Source: Candidatus Kapaibacterium sp.
GTDB taxonomy: Bacteria > Bacteroidota > Ignavibacteria > Palsa-1295
DNA: 64,000 nt
Reading direction: 5' to 3'
Assembly (NCBI GenBank): GCA_035632315.1
Contig: DASQGZ010000048.1
Span: forward strand, 64,740-128,739
Part shown: in pieces, positions 51,254 to 60,514 of the stretch
Layout: every line of letters starts with the position of its first letter
Numbering within the stretch: position 1 is the first letter of the stretch
Position numbers and translations under genes: made by a program
Notes under the pieces: generated by a model
Seen by the model: only the letters and a program-made list of their open reading frames with translations
What the model was told of the DNA's origin: nothing
Database searches by the model: none

Positions 51254-51670
51254 GGTTAATTAATTAACTAAAAAAAATTTGAACCTAGTTCCATAAATAA
51301 TAAATTATTTGAAGAGTCCACCCAAGTACACCGCCCTTTCAGGGCTGAAATAATGATGGTGATTTCTTTTCCCAGGGTTCCGCTTCGCTTTACCCTGGGC
51401 TGTGAATACATCGTCGCTCTGCGACTATTGCTGGACACTAGCCACTACCTACTAATTTTCACAAATCTCACCGTATTGGTTCCGAAGCGCGCCAAATAGA
51501 CCCCAGCCGCAAGACTCCTAATATCCACAGGGCCACGTTCGCTGCACCTGACGCGATTATTGCTGTCATCAGTCTAAGGCAACTACGTTAAGAACATTAC
51601 TTATATTTTACTGAATTCTATAAGCTAATTTAGCTTGACACAAACCACGGATTTATTTTTTTAACCAACC

Positions 51671-52126
51671 TTATAGAGAATCTTTCCTGTAGCACGTTAT
51701 CTTTAATTCCAATGAATCTCTTGTTGTTTGATAAGTAAATGAGTTGCCTGAAATTTCAAAAATAATACCGGTATTGTTACCTGATAAATCAACATTTTTG
51801 TCTATCTTACCATAGTAATTGCTGGAGTCAAACACTATTCTCCAATAATGCGAACTATAATTGTAGTCATCAACATGGATCTGAAATATTCCACGTATAA
51901 AGAGTATTTCTTTTGTTGAATCGTTCGTGATCATGGCATTAACTATTGTATCAGCCTCAATAATAATTGCGGAGCAAGAATCCGGCGATGTTGGGATTCC
52001 AACTTGAGACCATATACCAAGAAAAGTCCCTGGCTTAGGATAATTAATTACTGAAGGTCCATTAATCGACGAGCATGACCATAAAGCTATCGACAATAAA
52101 ATAATATATCTAATACAATGTTTCAT
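51671..52126 (-). CDS. Hypothetical lipoprotein
   Basis: Lipobox LWSC. Confidence 0.4.
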   Translation of the reverse strand: MKHCIRYIILLSIALWSCSSINGPSVINYPKPGTFLGIWSQVGIPTSPDSCSAIIIEADTIVNAMITNDSTKEILFIRGIFQIHVDDYNYSSHYWRIVFDSSNYYGKIDKNVDLSGNNTGIIFEISGNSFTYQTTRDSLELKITCYRKDSL

Positions 52127-52259
52127 TCACTGAGCGGTTGTTGTTCAACGAACCGAATCCCCTTTGAATTGATTCTCATTGCCTTAGAATCTTAGGTGGG
52201 GCGCGACATATCTGTCGCCGGAAACCCTTACCCCCGATTACGGTTTTACTATTATACTC

Positions 52260-54167
52260 GTGGCTTGTGTCTTGGCAAACCCGGAGGTTATCACTGGAGT
52301 GAGGTATCGCCGTTCGATCTGTCTCTTTTTTCTCATCACCGCCATCCCGGCTCTGCATCGGGATATAGCGGCGCAATGGAAGCTTGTCTCGACGAATTTA
52401 TATTCGTCGTTCGATATGCTCGATACGCGGGTCGGGCTCGCAGGCCAGTTCGGCGTCGGGCTGCCGACGCTCTGCCGCTACGATAACGGCGCGATCACCG
52501 GCATTTTCACAGCGAGCGGGCTTATCAGCAATATCGTCATTCTCGATACGAACGTTGCGTTCTTCTCCGTCTTCGGCGACGGCATCTACGAAGCGTCGCT
52601 TCATTGGTCGCAATTCACGAAAGTTCACGATGCCGATACCAGCACGGTTCTCACGGTACTCGGAAGGACGGTCGTCGTTAACATCCACCGCTCACTTGCC
52701 GTCAGTTCCGATGGCGGGAACACATTCGGATTTTCAAAAGGCATTCTTGCGCGCGATTCGGTGTGCGCTGTCGGCATTTATGATTCGAGCACGATGATCG
52801 CCGTTGCCGATTCCGATCTGTATCGTTCAGTCGATGGCGGCGCACACTGGAGCCTTGTGCTCGATACGATCCGGCGCACGCATTCAATATATATAGACCG
52901 AGCACACAAATATATTTATGTTGGTGGCGTAAACCTCATGCGTTCGTCCGACGGCGGCGCAAACTGGGTAGAACTCAGAAGCATTTTCTTCGGATCGCTT
53001 TCCGGACCTGTTGTTGGCGTGAACGATTGCACGGGCGTACTCTATCTCGGACCGGATAATGTGTATCGCGGCGAACTGCTTCGCTCTGTCAATCTCGGCA
53101 AATTTTTTCAGAGCGTCGGGCAGGCGAATTTTGCACAGACTCATTTAAATAAAGGCATCGCGCTCGATCGCGGCTCGACATTTTTCTGGCTCGATTCGGG
53201 CGGTGTGATGTCGATGACGACAGTCGGCGTGGATGGCACGATCACGGACAGCGTTGCAGATCATGTCATCGTCGGTATTGATACGGTGCTGCATAATTCG
53301 CTCTGCGCGAACACACCGGCATCGACCTACACATTCAGAGTGCGATATGACCAGTGTACAGGGATCGTTCTCGATTCACTCCTGCAAGTATCTGCAAATC
53401 CGGCATTCAAAGTACAATTTTTACCGAAATTTCTCGGCGATACGGAAATCAAATTTAGTTTTTCGTTCCGCGCACGCGCCGAAGGACCCGATAGTGTGCG
53501 GTATCGTCTGAAATTCCATTCGCCTATTACGGGAAATTACGAACAGATTTTTTTCACCATTCCGGGCGTTGGCGATGCAAGCAGCGCGGTTGTTTCATTT
53601 TCTGTCCCCGAAGTCGATTTTGGGAAGATCGGCATCGACTCCGCACGGCGGAAGATATTTTCGATCTTGAACACCGGATGTGATACACTTATAATTACGT
53701 CAGTCACATCCTCGAATATTGTCTCGTTCCAGATCGCCGCAAAACAATATCCGATCGTTCTCTTGCCCGGGCAGAGCGTGTCGCTAACAGTAACTTTTTT
53801 GCCAAGCGCCGAAGGAGATTATCTTGAATCGGCAGTTATTGCAACGAACATCGGCACACGGTATCTGACACTACGCGGGACCGGAACAATTGGCGGCGGC
53901 GGAGATACATCGTTAGTTGTTATGCAACGCGAATTAGTCACGGTATCTATTTTTCCGAACCCTGCGCGAGATATATTATATCTGGAAGTGTCAGAAACAA
54001 TACCGATCTCGCAGATCGAGATCATTGACGAACTTGGGCGTGTGATCCGGCCGGCTGTTATTAATGAAAGCGGCGAACGGATCGCTCTTGATATTCATAC
54101 TCTTCCTGCCGGATCGTATCTGCTCAGCGGGGGCGATAGTATTCGAAAGAGGTTCATCAAATTTTGA
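52260..54167 (+). CDS. T9SS-secreted BNR/Asp-box repeat protein
   Basis: SxDGGxxW/F repeats and a C-terminal T9SS sorting domain. Confidence 0.65.
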   Translation: MACVLANPEVITGVRYRRSICLFFLITAIPALHRDIAAQWKLVSTNLYSSFDMLDTRVGLAGQFGVGLPTLCRYDNGAITGIFTASGLISNIVILDTNVAFFSVFGDGIYEASLHWSQFTKVHDADTSTVLTVLGRTVVVNIHRSLAVSSDGGNTFGFSKGILARDSVCAVGIYDSSTMIAVADSDLYRSVDGGAHWSLVLDTIRRTHSIYIDRAHKYIYVGGVNLMRSSDGGANWVELRSIFFGSLSGPVVGVNDCTGVLYLGPDNVYRGELLRSVNLGKFFQSVGQANFAQTHLNKGIALDRGSTFFWLDSGGVMSMTTVGVDGTITDSVADHVIVGIDTVLHNSLCANTPASTYTFRVRYDQCTGIVLDSLLQVSANPAFKVQFLPKFLGDTEIKFSFSFRARAEGPDSVRYRLKFHSPITGNYEQIFFTIPGVGDASSAVVSFSVPEVDFGKIGIDSARRKIFSILNTGCDTLIITSVTSSNIVSFQIAAKQYPIVLLPGQSVSLTVTFLPSAEGDYLESAVIATNIGTRYLTLRGTGTIGGGGDTSLVVMQRELVTVSIFPNPARDILYLEVSETIPISQIEIIDELGRVIRPAVINESGERIALDIHTLPAGSYLLSGGDSIRKRFIKF

Positions 54168-57100
54168 AGTTTCGAATATTCATACTGGCTGTTTTTCTCT
54201 GTACGATTCTCACGGAGTCGCGGCTTGCTGCGCAGCCGCATTGGACACTTGTGTTCAATGCTCCCGCATGCGGAAGCTCGGCTTATTTTATCAATCCGAA
54301 TGAAGGCTGCATCGGCATCGGAAATTATCCCGGAGGTTTCCCCGCGCAAATTTATTATACCCGTAACGGCGGAGCTACATGGACACGCTCGGTGATGCCG
54401 AATATGACAATGCTCGGGCAGGTCACCGATATTTTCTTCAGAGACCGGCTCAATGGGTGGGCATGCGTTCGCGAAGCGATCGAACACGGATGGAGCGGAC
54501 TCTATCGGACGTTCGACGGCGGCGAGACGTGGCAGCAATGGTACCAATCTATTTTTCCGGTCTCTGTCCGCGAAACATCTCGCGGCGTCTATCTTTCCGA
54601 CCGCACTGCTTCCGCCGGGGGCGTTGAATTCTCGAACGACGGAGGAAATACGTTTAAATATATTGTCATCAGCAGCGGCGCGCTCGGTCTTGATTTTCTC
54701 GACGATAATATCGGCATCTTCTCAACCGAAGGAAATACGACCGAGCCATATCTTGTGACCTCTGACGGAGGAACGACGTGGACGCCCTTCCCGCTGCGTT
54801 TAGAATCGTGGTCAACATTTGCCGACCCGGCAACAAAAAAATTATTCTTCTGCAGCGAGCGCGATGTTCCCTATCCCGGCACACAATCGACGATCGGAAT
54901 GACGAAGGATCTTGGGATCACGTATAATCAAAACCTCGCGCTCGATACAACAGATGTATTTTCGGGCGGCATCAACGGAAATAAAGGATGCCGTTCGGCC
55001 ATCTATGTTCAGCAGGAAGTAAAAGGCAGAAATTTTTCCGGCGGCCTTATCCGCTCGACCGACGGCGGCACGACGTGGGTGAATGTCGGCGGACCATACA
55101 ATTATAACGACAAGCGTTTTGCCGTTACGGGCAGAGGAGCCGTTGTGTATGCATTCGACCGTACGGGCGGCGTCTGGAAAACATCAGACGGCGGCGACGG
55201 CAAACTCAGCTCGTCGGTGCTTGGCTCGGTCGCGTTCTCGACGTTGCCATCGTCGAACAGCATTTCATCGAAACTCTGCGACAGCGCGAGCGAAGTTATT
55301 CATCTTGCATACTCCGATTGCGATTCGGTCTCGCTAGAAAAAATAAATTTTATCAATGACGGTCTCGGTGAGCTTTCGACGAGTCATCAGACAGTATTTT
55401 TTGGACACAGCGGTTCATCCAGCGACTCGGCGATCATCACATTCAAACCAATGCAGATCGCAAGTAAAACCGAACGCATCAGGCTCACGATCCGTCAAGG
55501 AGACGGATATTTGCAGGATACGATCATCACGCTCGACCTGCAGGGGCTTGCGGCAAATGATGTGCCGTCTATCGCTGAAGTGCGCGGCGACTCGCTCGGG
55601 TTCGGAACACGAAGCGTTTGCGGCGACGATTCGGTTCGCGTGATCACCATCACAAATGCCGGCTGCGCACCGATGAATGTTATTTCGCTTTCTGTTTCAG
55701 GTAGCGCATTTTCATTGCTCTCAAGTTTCTCACCGATCGCACTTGGTCCCGGGATATCAAGGCAATATCTTATTCGCTTCAATCCGAATTTGATCGGAAC
55801 CCAGTTCGGCGCGCTGATTCTGCAAACAGGAAATGCCCGGGATTCTGTCGTGCTGAGTGGCATCGGCAGACCCGGCAGCCGGGGATATAAACTCTCGCAG
55901 CCGAACATCACATCAACGATGTGCGATTCTGCCGAAGGGACGCTTGTCCTGCGAAATATTTCTTGTACACAAGTGACGATCAGTTCGATCGGCATCGCTC
56001 CGCCGTTCCGTTTCGATCCTGTCGCAACACCCGTCACGATGGCAACCGATTCAGCGATCGTGCTGAAGTATCACTTCGTGCCGAATACGCCCGGCATGTA
56101 TAATGCGGCTGTCACGATCAATTCGCTCAACGTGAATGATGTGTTCGATACGTCCCTCACACTCGTCGGTGTTGCAACCGAAGGGACAGCGAACATTTCA
56201 TATTCGCCGCCGGCATTAAATTTCGATTCTGTTTCTGTTTGTTCGCTGAGGGAATTTGATATATCGATCGCCAGTACCGGGTGCGATACGCTTGCGATTC
56301 CGCTGGATACTTTAACAACCGATACTACTGAGTTTCATATCGTCTCCGATGTCAGTTCACGAGCCGTTCTTCGCGGCGACACAGTTCATATCAAAGTGCG
56401 TTTTCATCCGCCCGGCGTTGGGTCGTTCTCGAGTGTGCTGCATATCCAAACAAATACCGGTCCGATCAATATTCCGATGCAGGGCATTGGCTCGAGCGAT
56501 CCGGGTGTGCTCTCGCTTTCAGGTGTTACGCTCGGGAATATTCTTACGTGTAAGGATACAACATTCTCGTTCACCATCGAGAACACGACTTGCGATTCGC
56601 TTGTGCTTGATTCAATCCGTGTCACCGGCATCGGAAGAAGCGATTACGTAACGACCTACACTGCACCTACGCCGCTTGGCCTCGGAGCAAAAAATACATT
56701 CACAACTCATTTCATCCCGCAAGCAGGCGGCAACCGAAATGCGATACTTCACTGCTACCTGCACAAAACGGACGGGACACTCGTCGAAAAAAATACTCCA
56801 TTGAACGGTGTTGGCGTCGCGCCGGTACCGATCCGCCTGTCATTGCCAAGTATTACCTACTCGACTCTTGCAGGCGCGCCGATTCAAATTCCGGTTACGG
56901 TGCTCGATACAAGTTATATCGATGTTGGGACGACGACGTTCAGCTTGTCACTGAACACCGACCTGCTCACGCCGACAAATTTTGATCTCACCGGAAGCAT
57001 ATTTGGTGGCGCTTCGGTGATCGGTTTCAACGTGGTAAAGACCGGCGTGACGATCTCGCTGTCAGTTCCGCCAGGCGAACGATTTCATTCCGGTTTGCTC

Positions 57101-57571
57101 GGAACGCTCGATTGCATTCCATTCGTAAGCGATACGATCACCACAGATATTATCGAAAGCACATTTACAGCATTTGATAAGGATACTTCCGCAAACTGCT
57201 TGCCGACCGCACTCATCACGCCGCCGCAAACGATCACTTCGTTCACGCTCGCGCCGGCGTGCGGCATTTCGACACTGACAAAATATCTGCGCTATGGCCC
57301 AAGCGGAATTTTTATTCAAAGTATTTCACCAAACCCTGCCCATTCGGAAATAATATTCTCTGCGTTACTTGATCCGATCCCTGACGGCGACCTTGCCATT
57401 GATATTCTCGACGATGCCGGCGCACTCGTGCAAAGCGAACATATCCCGCACTCAGAGCTTCGCTCGCCGTTCGTTCATACGATGAACATCCTCGGCGCCA
57501 GCGGCACAAGAACACTGCGATTACAAAGCGGCGCGTCGGAAACGCTCGGCCGGTTCGTGTTAGTGAAATAA
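54164..57571 (+). CDS. Giant T9SS-secreted protein: N-terminal BNR beta-propeller, multiple Ig-like domains and a C-terminal sorting domain
   Basis: 1135 aa with Asp-box repeats (TRNGGATW, FDGGETW, SDGGTTW). It overlaps the upstream gene by 4 nt. Confidence 0.7.
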   Translation: MKFRIFILAVFLCTILTESRLAAQPHWTLVFNAPACGSSAYFINPNEGCIGIGNYPGGFPAQIYYTRNGGATWTRSVMPNMTMLGQVTDIFFRDRLNGWACVREAIEHGWSGLYRTFDGGETWQQWYQSIFPVSVRETSRGVYLSDRTASAGGVEFSNDGGNTFKYIVISSGALGLDFLDDNIGIFSTEGNTTEPYLVTSDGGTTWTPFPLRLESWSTFADPATKKLFFCSERDVPYPGTQSTIGMTKDLGITYNQNLALDTTDVFSGGINGNKGCRSAIYVQQEVKGRNFSGGLIRSTDGGTTWVNVGGPYNYNDKRFAVTGRGAVVYAFDRTGGVWKTSDGGDGKLSSSVLGSVAFSTLPSSNSISSKLCDSASEVIHLAYSDCDSVSLEKINFINDGLGELSTSHQTVFFGHSGSSSDSAIITFKPMQIASKTERIRLTIRQGDGYLQDTIITLDLQGLAANDVPSIAEVRGDSLGFGTRSVCGDDSVRVITITNAGCAPMNVISLSVSGSAFSLLSSFSPIALGPGISRQYLIRFNPNLIGTQFGALILQTGNARDSVVLSGIGRPGSRGYKLSQPNITSTMCDSAEGTLVLRNISCTQVTISSIGIAPPFRFDPVATPVTMATDSAIVLKYHFVPNTPGMYNAAVTINSLNVNDVFDTSLTLVGVATEGTANISYSPPALNFDSVSVCSLREFDISIASTGCDTLAIPLDTLTTDTTEFHIVSDVSSRAVLRGDTVHIKVRFHPPGVGSFSSVLHIQTNTGPINIPMQGIGSSDPGVLSLSGVTLGNILTCKDTTFSFTIENTTCDSLVLDSIRVTGIGRSDYVTTYTAPTPLGLGAKNTFTTHFIPQAGGNRNAILHCYLHKTDGTLVEKNTPLNGVGVAPVPIRLSLPSITYSTLAGAPIQIPVTVLDTSYIDVGTTTFSLSLNTDLLTPTNFDLTGSIFGGASVIGFNVVKTGVTISLSVPPGERFHSGLLGTLDCIPFVSDTITTDIIESTFTAFDKDTSANCLPTALITPPQTITSFTLAPACGISTLTKYLRYGPSGIFIQSISPNPAHSEIIFSALLDPIPDGDLAIDILDDAGALVQSEHIPHSELRSPFVHTMNILGASGTRTLRLQSGASETLGRFVLVK

Positions 57572-57573
57572 AA

Positions 57574-57604
57574 AATGGCTTCATCAAGAAGCCATTTTAA
57601 AAAA
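57574..57604. terminator. Bidirectional terminator AATGGCTTC-atcaa-GAAGCCATT flanked by A/T runs
   Basis: Seen directly in the sequence. Confidence 0.5.
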
Positions 57605-57638
57605 TCCCATTAATCCCAGAAATCGCGGTTCAGACAAC

Positions 57639-59021
57639 CTACAGCCCTCTTAGATCATTAAAGACCATGAACACCATTAGTAGTAACAGCACCGTCACGC
57701 CAACCTGCTGAAAGCGAAGCTTAAATTTTTGTGAAAGTTCGCGGCCAAGCACCGCTTCGACAAGAATGATAATGAGATGTCCGCCATCGAGCGCAGGGAC
57801 TGGCAAGATATTCAAAAATGCAAGCGATAACGAGAGGATCGCCATGAAACCCAAGTACGCCGCAGCGCCGCTCTTTGCAGCATGTCCCGCGATCTGCGCG
57901 ATCCTGATCGGGCCGCCGACATTCTTCGTAAAATTCACTTTGCCCGTAAAGAGCATAAAAATATTTTGGATATAGAGCCGCGTCTGAGTGAAGAGATCAC
58001 TGATGCCGGTAGAAATCGCTTCGCCGAACGAGTAATCCAGCTTCGTCGTCTTACCCATAAACGGTGCCTGTGAAATTTGCACACCGATCTGCCCGGCGTT
58101 ATTCGGCGTAATGCTGGTTGACATTTCTTTGCCGTCGCGGATCCACGTCAGATTGATCGGCTGATTGGCATGCGGCTTAATAAGATCGATCATTGCAACT
58201 TCGTTGAGCACCGGAACGTCGTTGATCTTTATAACGCGATCTCCTGTTTTGATGCCCGCATGATCGGCAGGATAAGAAGATGTCACATCGTTTACAAATG
58301 CCCCGCCCGCACCTTCAGGATATAAACCGAAATTTTTATCAACCTCCGCCGGCTCTGTTGTCAGATCGCTCGTATGATATTGCACCGTGAACTGCGTTCC
58401 GGCGCGTTCGAGCGTCATTGCGAAGTCGCGGCCGAGGTGCCCGATCGTTGCTTCAATATCAACATCCTGCCAGTTCGTCATTGGCTTACCATCGATCGAA
58501 ACGATCTTATCACCGGGGACGATACCGAGTTTTGCAGAAACAGATTGCTGTGCGACATAGCCGACCGTTGTGGTATTCCAAATGATCTTCCCTTCGGAAT
58601 ATTTGAGTCCGATAAAGATAGCGCCCGCAAGAAGAAAATTTAATGTCACACCGGCACAAATAACGATGGACTTTTTCCACCAGCTTTTTGAACGGAATTC
58701 CCACTGCTGAGCAGGACCGGTCAGTTCTTCACGTTGGGTTTCATCGATCATTCCTGCAATTTTCGCATAGCCGCCGATCGGCAGCAGTGACAACCGGTAA
58801 TCGGTATGTTTACCAAGTTCTGCTTCTAATTCCTCAGAAAGCGGACCGAATGTAAACCCATTGAGCTTATTCCACCCGAATAATCGGCGTCCCATCCCGA
58901 TCGAATAGACCGGCACATACATCCCAAAGATGCGCGCAGCAATGAAATGGCCGAATTCATGAATGGAAACGAGGACGAAGATCGTCAGGATAAAGTAAAA
59001 GATCGTTTGTAAGAAATCCAT
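57639..59021 (-). CDS. rseP: RIP site-2 zinc metalloprotease RseP
   Basis: HEFGHF HEXXH motif in a TM helix, PDZ domains and a C-terminal LDG motif region. Confidence 0.85.
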   Translation of the reverse strand: MDFLQTIFYFILTIFVLVSIHEFGHFIAARIFGMYVPVYSIGMGRRLFGWNKLNGFTFGPLSEELEAELGKHTDYRLSLLPIGGYAKIAGMIDETQREELTGPAQQWEFRSKSWWKKSIVICAGVTLNFLLAGAIFIGLKYSEGKIIWNTTTVGYVAQQSVSAKLGIVPGDKIVSIDGKPMTNWQDVDIEATIGHLGRDFAMTLERAGTQFTVQYHTSDLTTEPAEVDKNFGLYPEGAGGAFVNDVTSSYPADHAGIKTGDRVIKINDVPVLNEVAMIDLIKPHANQPINLTWIRDGKEMSTSITPNNAGQIGVQISQAPFMGKTTKLDYSFGEAISTGISDLFTQTRLYIQNIFMLFTGKVNFTKNVGGPIRIAQIAGHAAKSGAAAYLGFMAILSLSLAFLNILPVPALDGGHLIIILVEAVLGRELSQKFKLRFQQVGVTVLLLLMVFMVFNDLRGL

Positions 59022-59079
59022 AGGAGCTTTAAAATGCTTATTTGGTCACTTGCGTTCGGGGAGAAAAATGTATCTTTTT

Positions 59080-59109
59080 TGTCATTGCGAGCGCAGCGAA
59101 GTAATGACA
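59080..59109. repeat. Palindromic repeat family, short copy B (TGTCATTGCGAGCGCAGCGAAGTAATGACA)
   Basis: Shares the GTCATTGCGAGCG...CGAAG terminus with copies A and C. It abuts the dxr stop codon. Confidence 0.5.
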
Positions 59110-59110
59110 A

Positions 59111-60304
59111 TTAGAACATTTTCCCAACCCTTGTTCTCGTTTCTACGTCCGCATCATATATCCGTTTCAGCCCCTGTGCAATATCTGATTCACTGGAGAT
59201 AACGAATGCTTCGTCGGATCGCGCTGGGGCGTTATCTATGGCGGATTCGATGAGTTTCGGAATGTCGGTGAAGCGTATCTTCTCATTCAAAAAGGCGTCA
59301 ACGGCAACTTCATTTGCCGCATTGAGAATGCAGGGATAAGCACCGCCGCGAGCAGCCGCTTCGCGTGAAAGCCGAAGTGTAGGAAAACGGTCGGTATCGG
59401 GCGCTTCGAAATCGAGACGATTATTTTTCAGAAGATCGAGCAGATCGTATGATGCCGACGCGCGTTCGGGAAATCCGAGCGCATATTGGATCGGCAATCT
59501 CATATCCGGCGCGCCGAGCTGCGCTTTGACGCTGCCGTCGGTGAACTCCACCATCGAATGGATAATAGATTGCGGATGTACGATAACATCGACTTTTTCG
59601 AGGGGAACACCGAAGAGCCACCGTGCTTCGATGACCTCTAAGCCTTTATTCATCAACGTTGCCGAGTCGATCGTGATCTTTCGGCCCATTACCCAATTCG
59701 GATGCTTGAGCGCGCGCTCAACTGTAATACTGTCAAATTCTTCTTTCGGTGCCGTGCGGAACGGCCCGCCGCTTGCCGTGAGAATGATCCGCTTCACTGC
59801 ATCAACCGTTTCGCCAACAAGACATTGCAGCACTGCTGAATGCTCAGAATCTATCGGGATGATCTCTGCGCCGGTTTGCGCTGCAAGGCCAGTCATAAGT
59901 TCACCGGCAACAACAAGCGTCTCTTTATTTGCAAGGGCGATGCGTTTTCCTGCATGGATCGCCGCGATCGTCGGCTTTAATCCTGCAAAACCGACAAGAG
60001 CTCCGACGACCGTATCGATGTTGTTGCTTTCGGCGATCAGTTCGAGGGCTTCGTCACCGAATTGGATATCAACATCCTTCGGAGCTTTCTCGCACAGTTC
60101 ACGAAATGCGCCATTGTCGGTCATCACCACTGTCTTTGGGCGGAATTCGGCGATCTGTTCGAGAACAATATCAACCGAACGATGTGCTGAAATCGCTTCG
60201 ACCGAGAAACGTCCCGGATTATGGCGAACGACATCGAGCGTATTACGTCCGATGCTGCCCGTCGAACCGAGAATGGCGATACGATGTGGATTTTTCACGT
60301 TCAC
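59111..60304 (-). CDS. dxr: 1-deoxy-D-xylulose 5-phosphate reductoisomerase
   Basis: ILGSTGSIG NADPH-binding motif and full-length Dxr similarity. Confidence 0.9.
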   Translation of the reverse strand: MNVKNPHRIAILGSTGSIGRNTLDVVRHNPGRFSVEAISAHRSVDIVLEQIAEFRPKTVVMTDNGAFRELCEKAPKDVDIQFGDEALELIAESNNIDTVVGALVGFAGLKPTIAAIHAGKRIALANKETLVVAGELMTGLAAQTGAEIIPIDSEHSAVLQCLVGETVDAVKRIILTASGGPFRTAPKEEFDSITVERALKHPNWVMGRKITIDSATLMNKGLEVIEARWLFGVPLEKVDVIVHPQSIIHSMVEFTDGSVKAQLGAPDMRLPIQYALGFPERASASYDLLDLLKNNRLDFEAPDTDRFPTLRLSREAAARGGAYPCILNAANEVAVDAFLNEKIRFTDIPKLIESAIDNAPARSDEAFVISSESDIAQGLKRIYDADVETRTRVGKMF

Positions 60305-60400
60305 CGGAGCAAATGCAACAATTTGAAAATTCTCGCGTTAGTTGAACGTTGACAAACAACAACAAGACTGAAACAGAGCCGGGGAATATTATCATTCAAT

Positions 60401-60514
60401 AGATGTCATTGCGAGCATGGCGTACGCCATGCGAAGCAATCTAATATTTCGAAACAGTCTCCTCGCTTCAAGATATTAGATTGCTTCGTCGCTTCGCTCC
60501 TCGCAATGACATCT
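60401..60514. repeat. Palindromic intergenic repeat, copy C (AGATGTCATTGCGAG-core-CGAAGCAATCTAATAT, inverted twice)
   Basis: Left arm 60401-60447 and right arm 60473-60514. The cores differ. The left-arm core CATGGCGTACGCCATG is itself a palindrome. Confidence 0.6.

Noticed and set aside
50491-51449. Shared 14-mer TGGACACTAGCCAC at 50491 and 51436
   Set aside because: Several identical 14-mer pairs are expected by chance in a 64-kb window, and there is no palindromy or positional logic.
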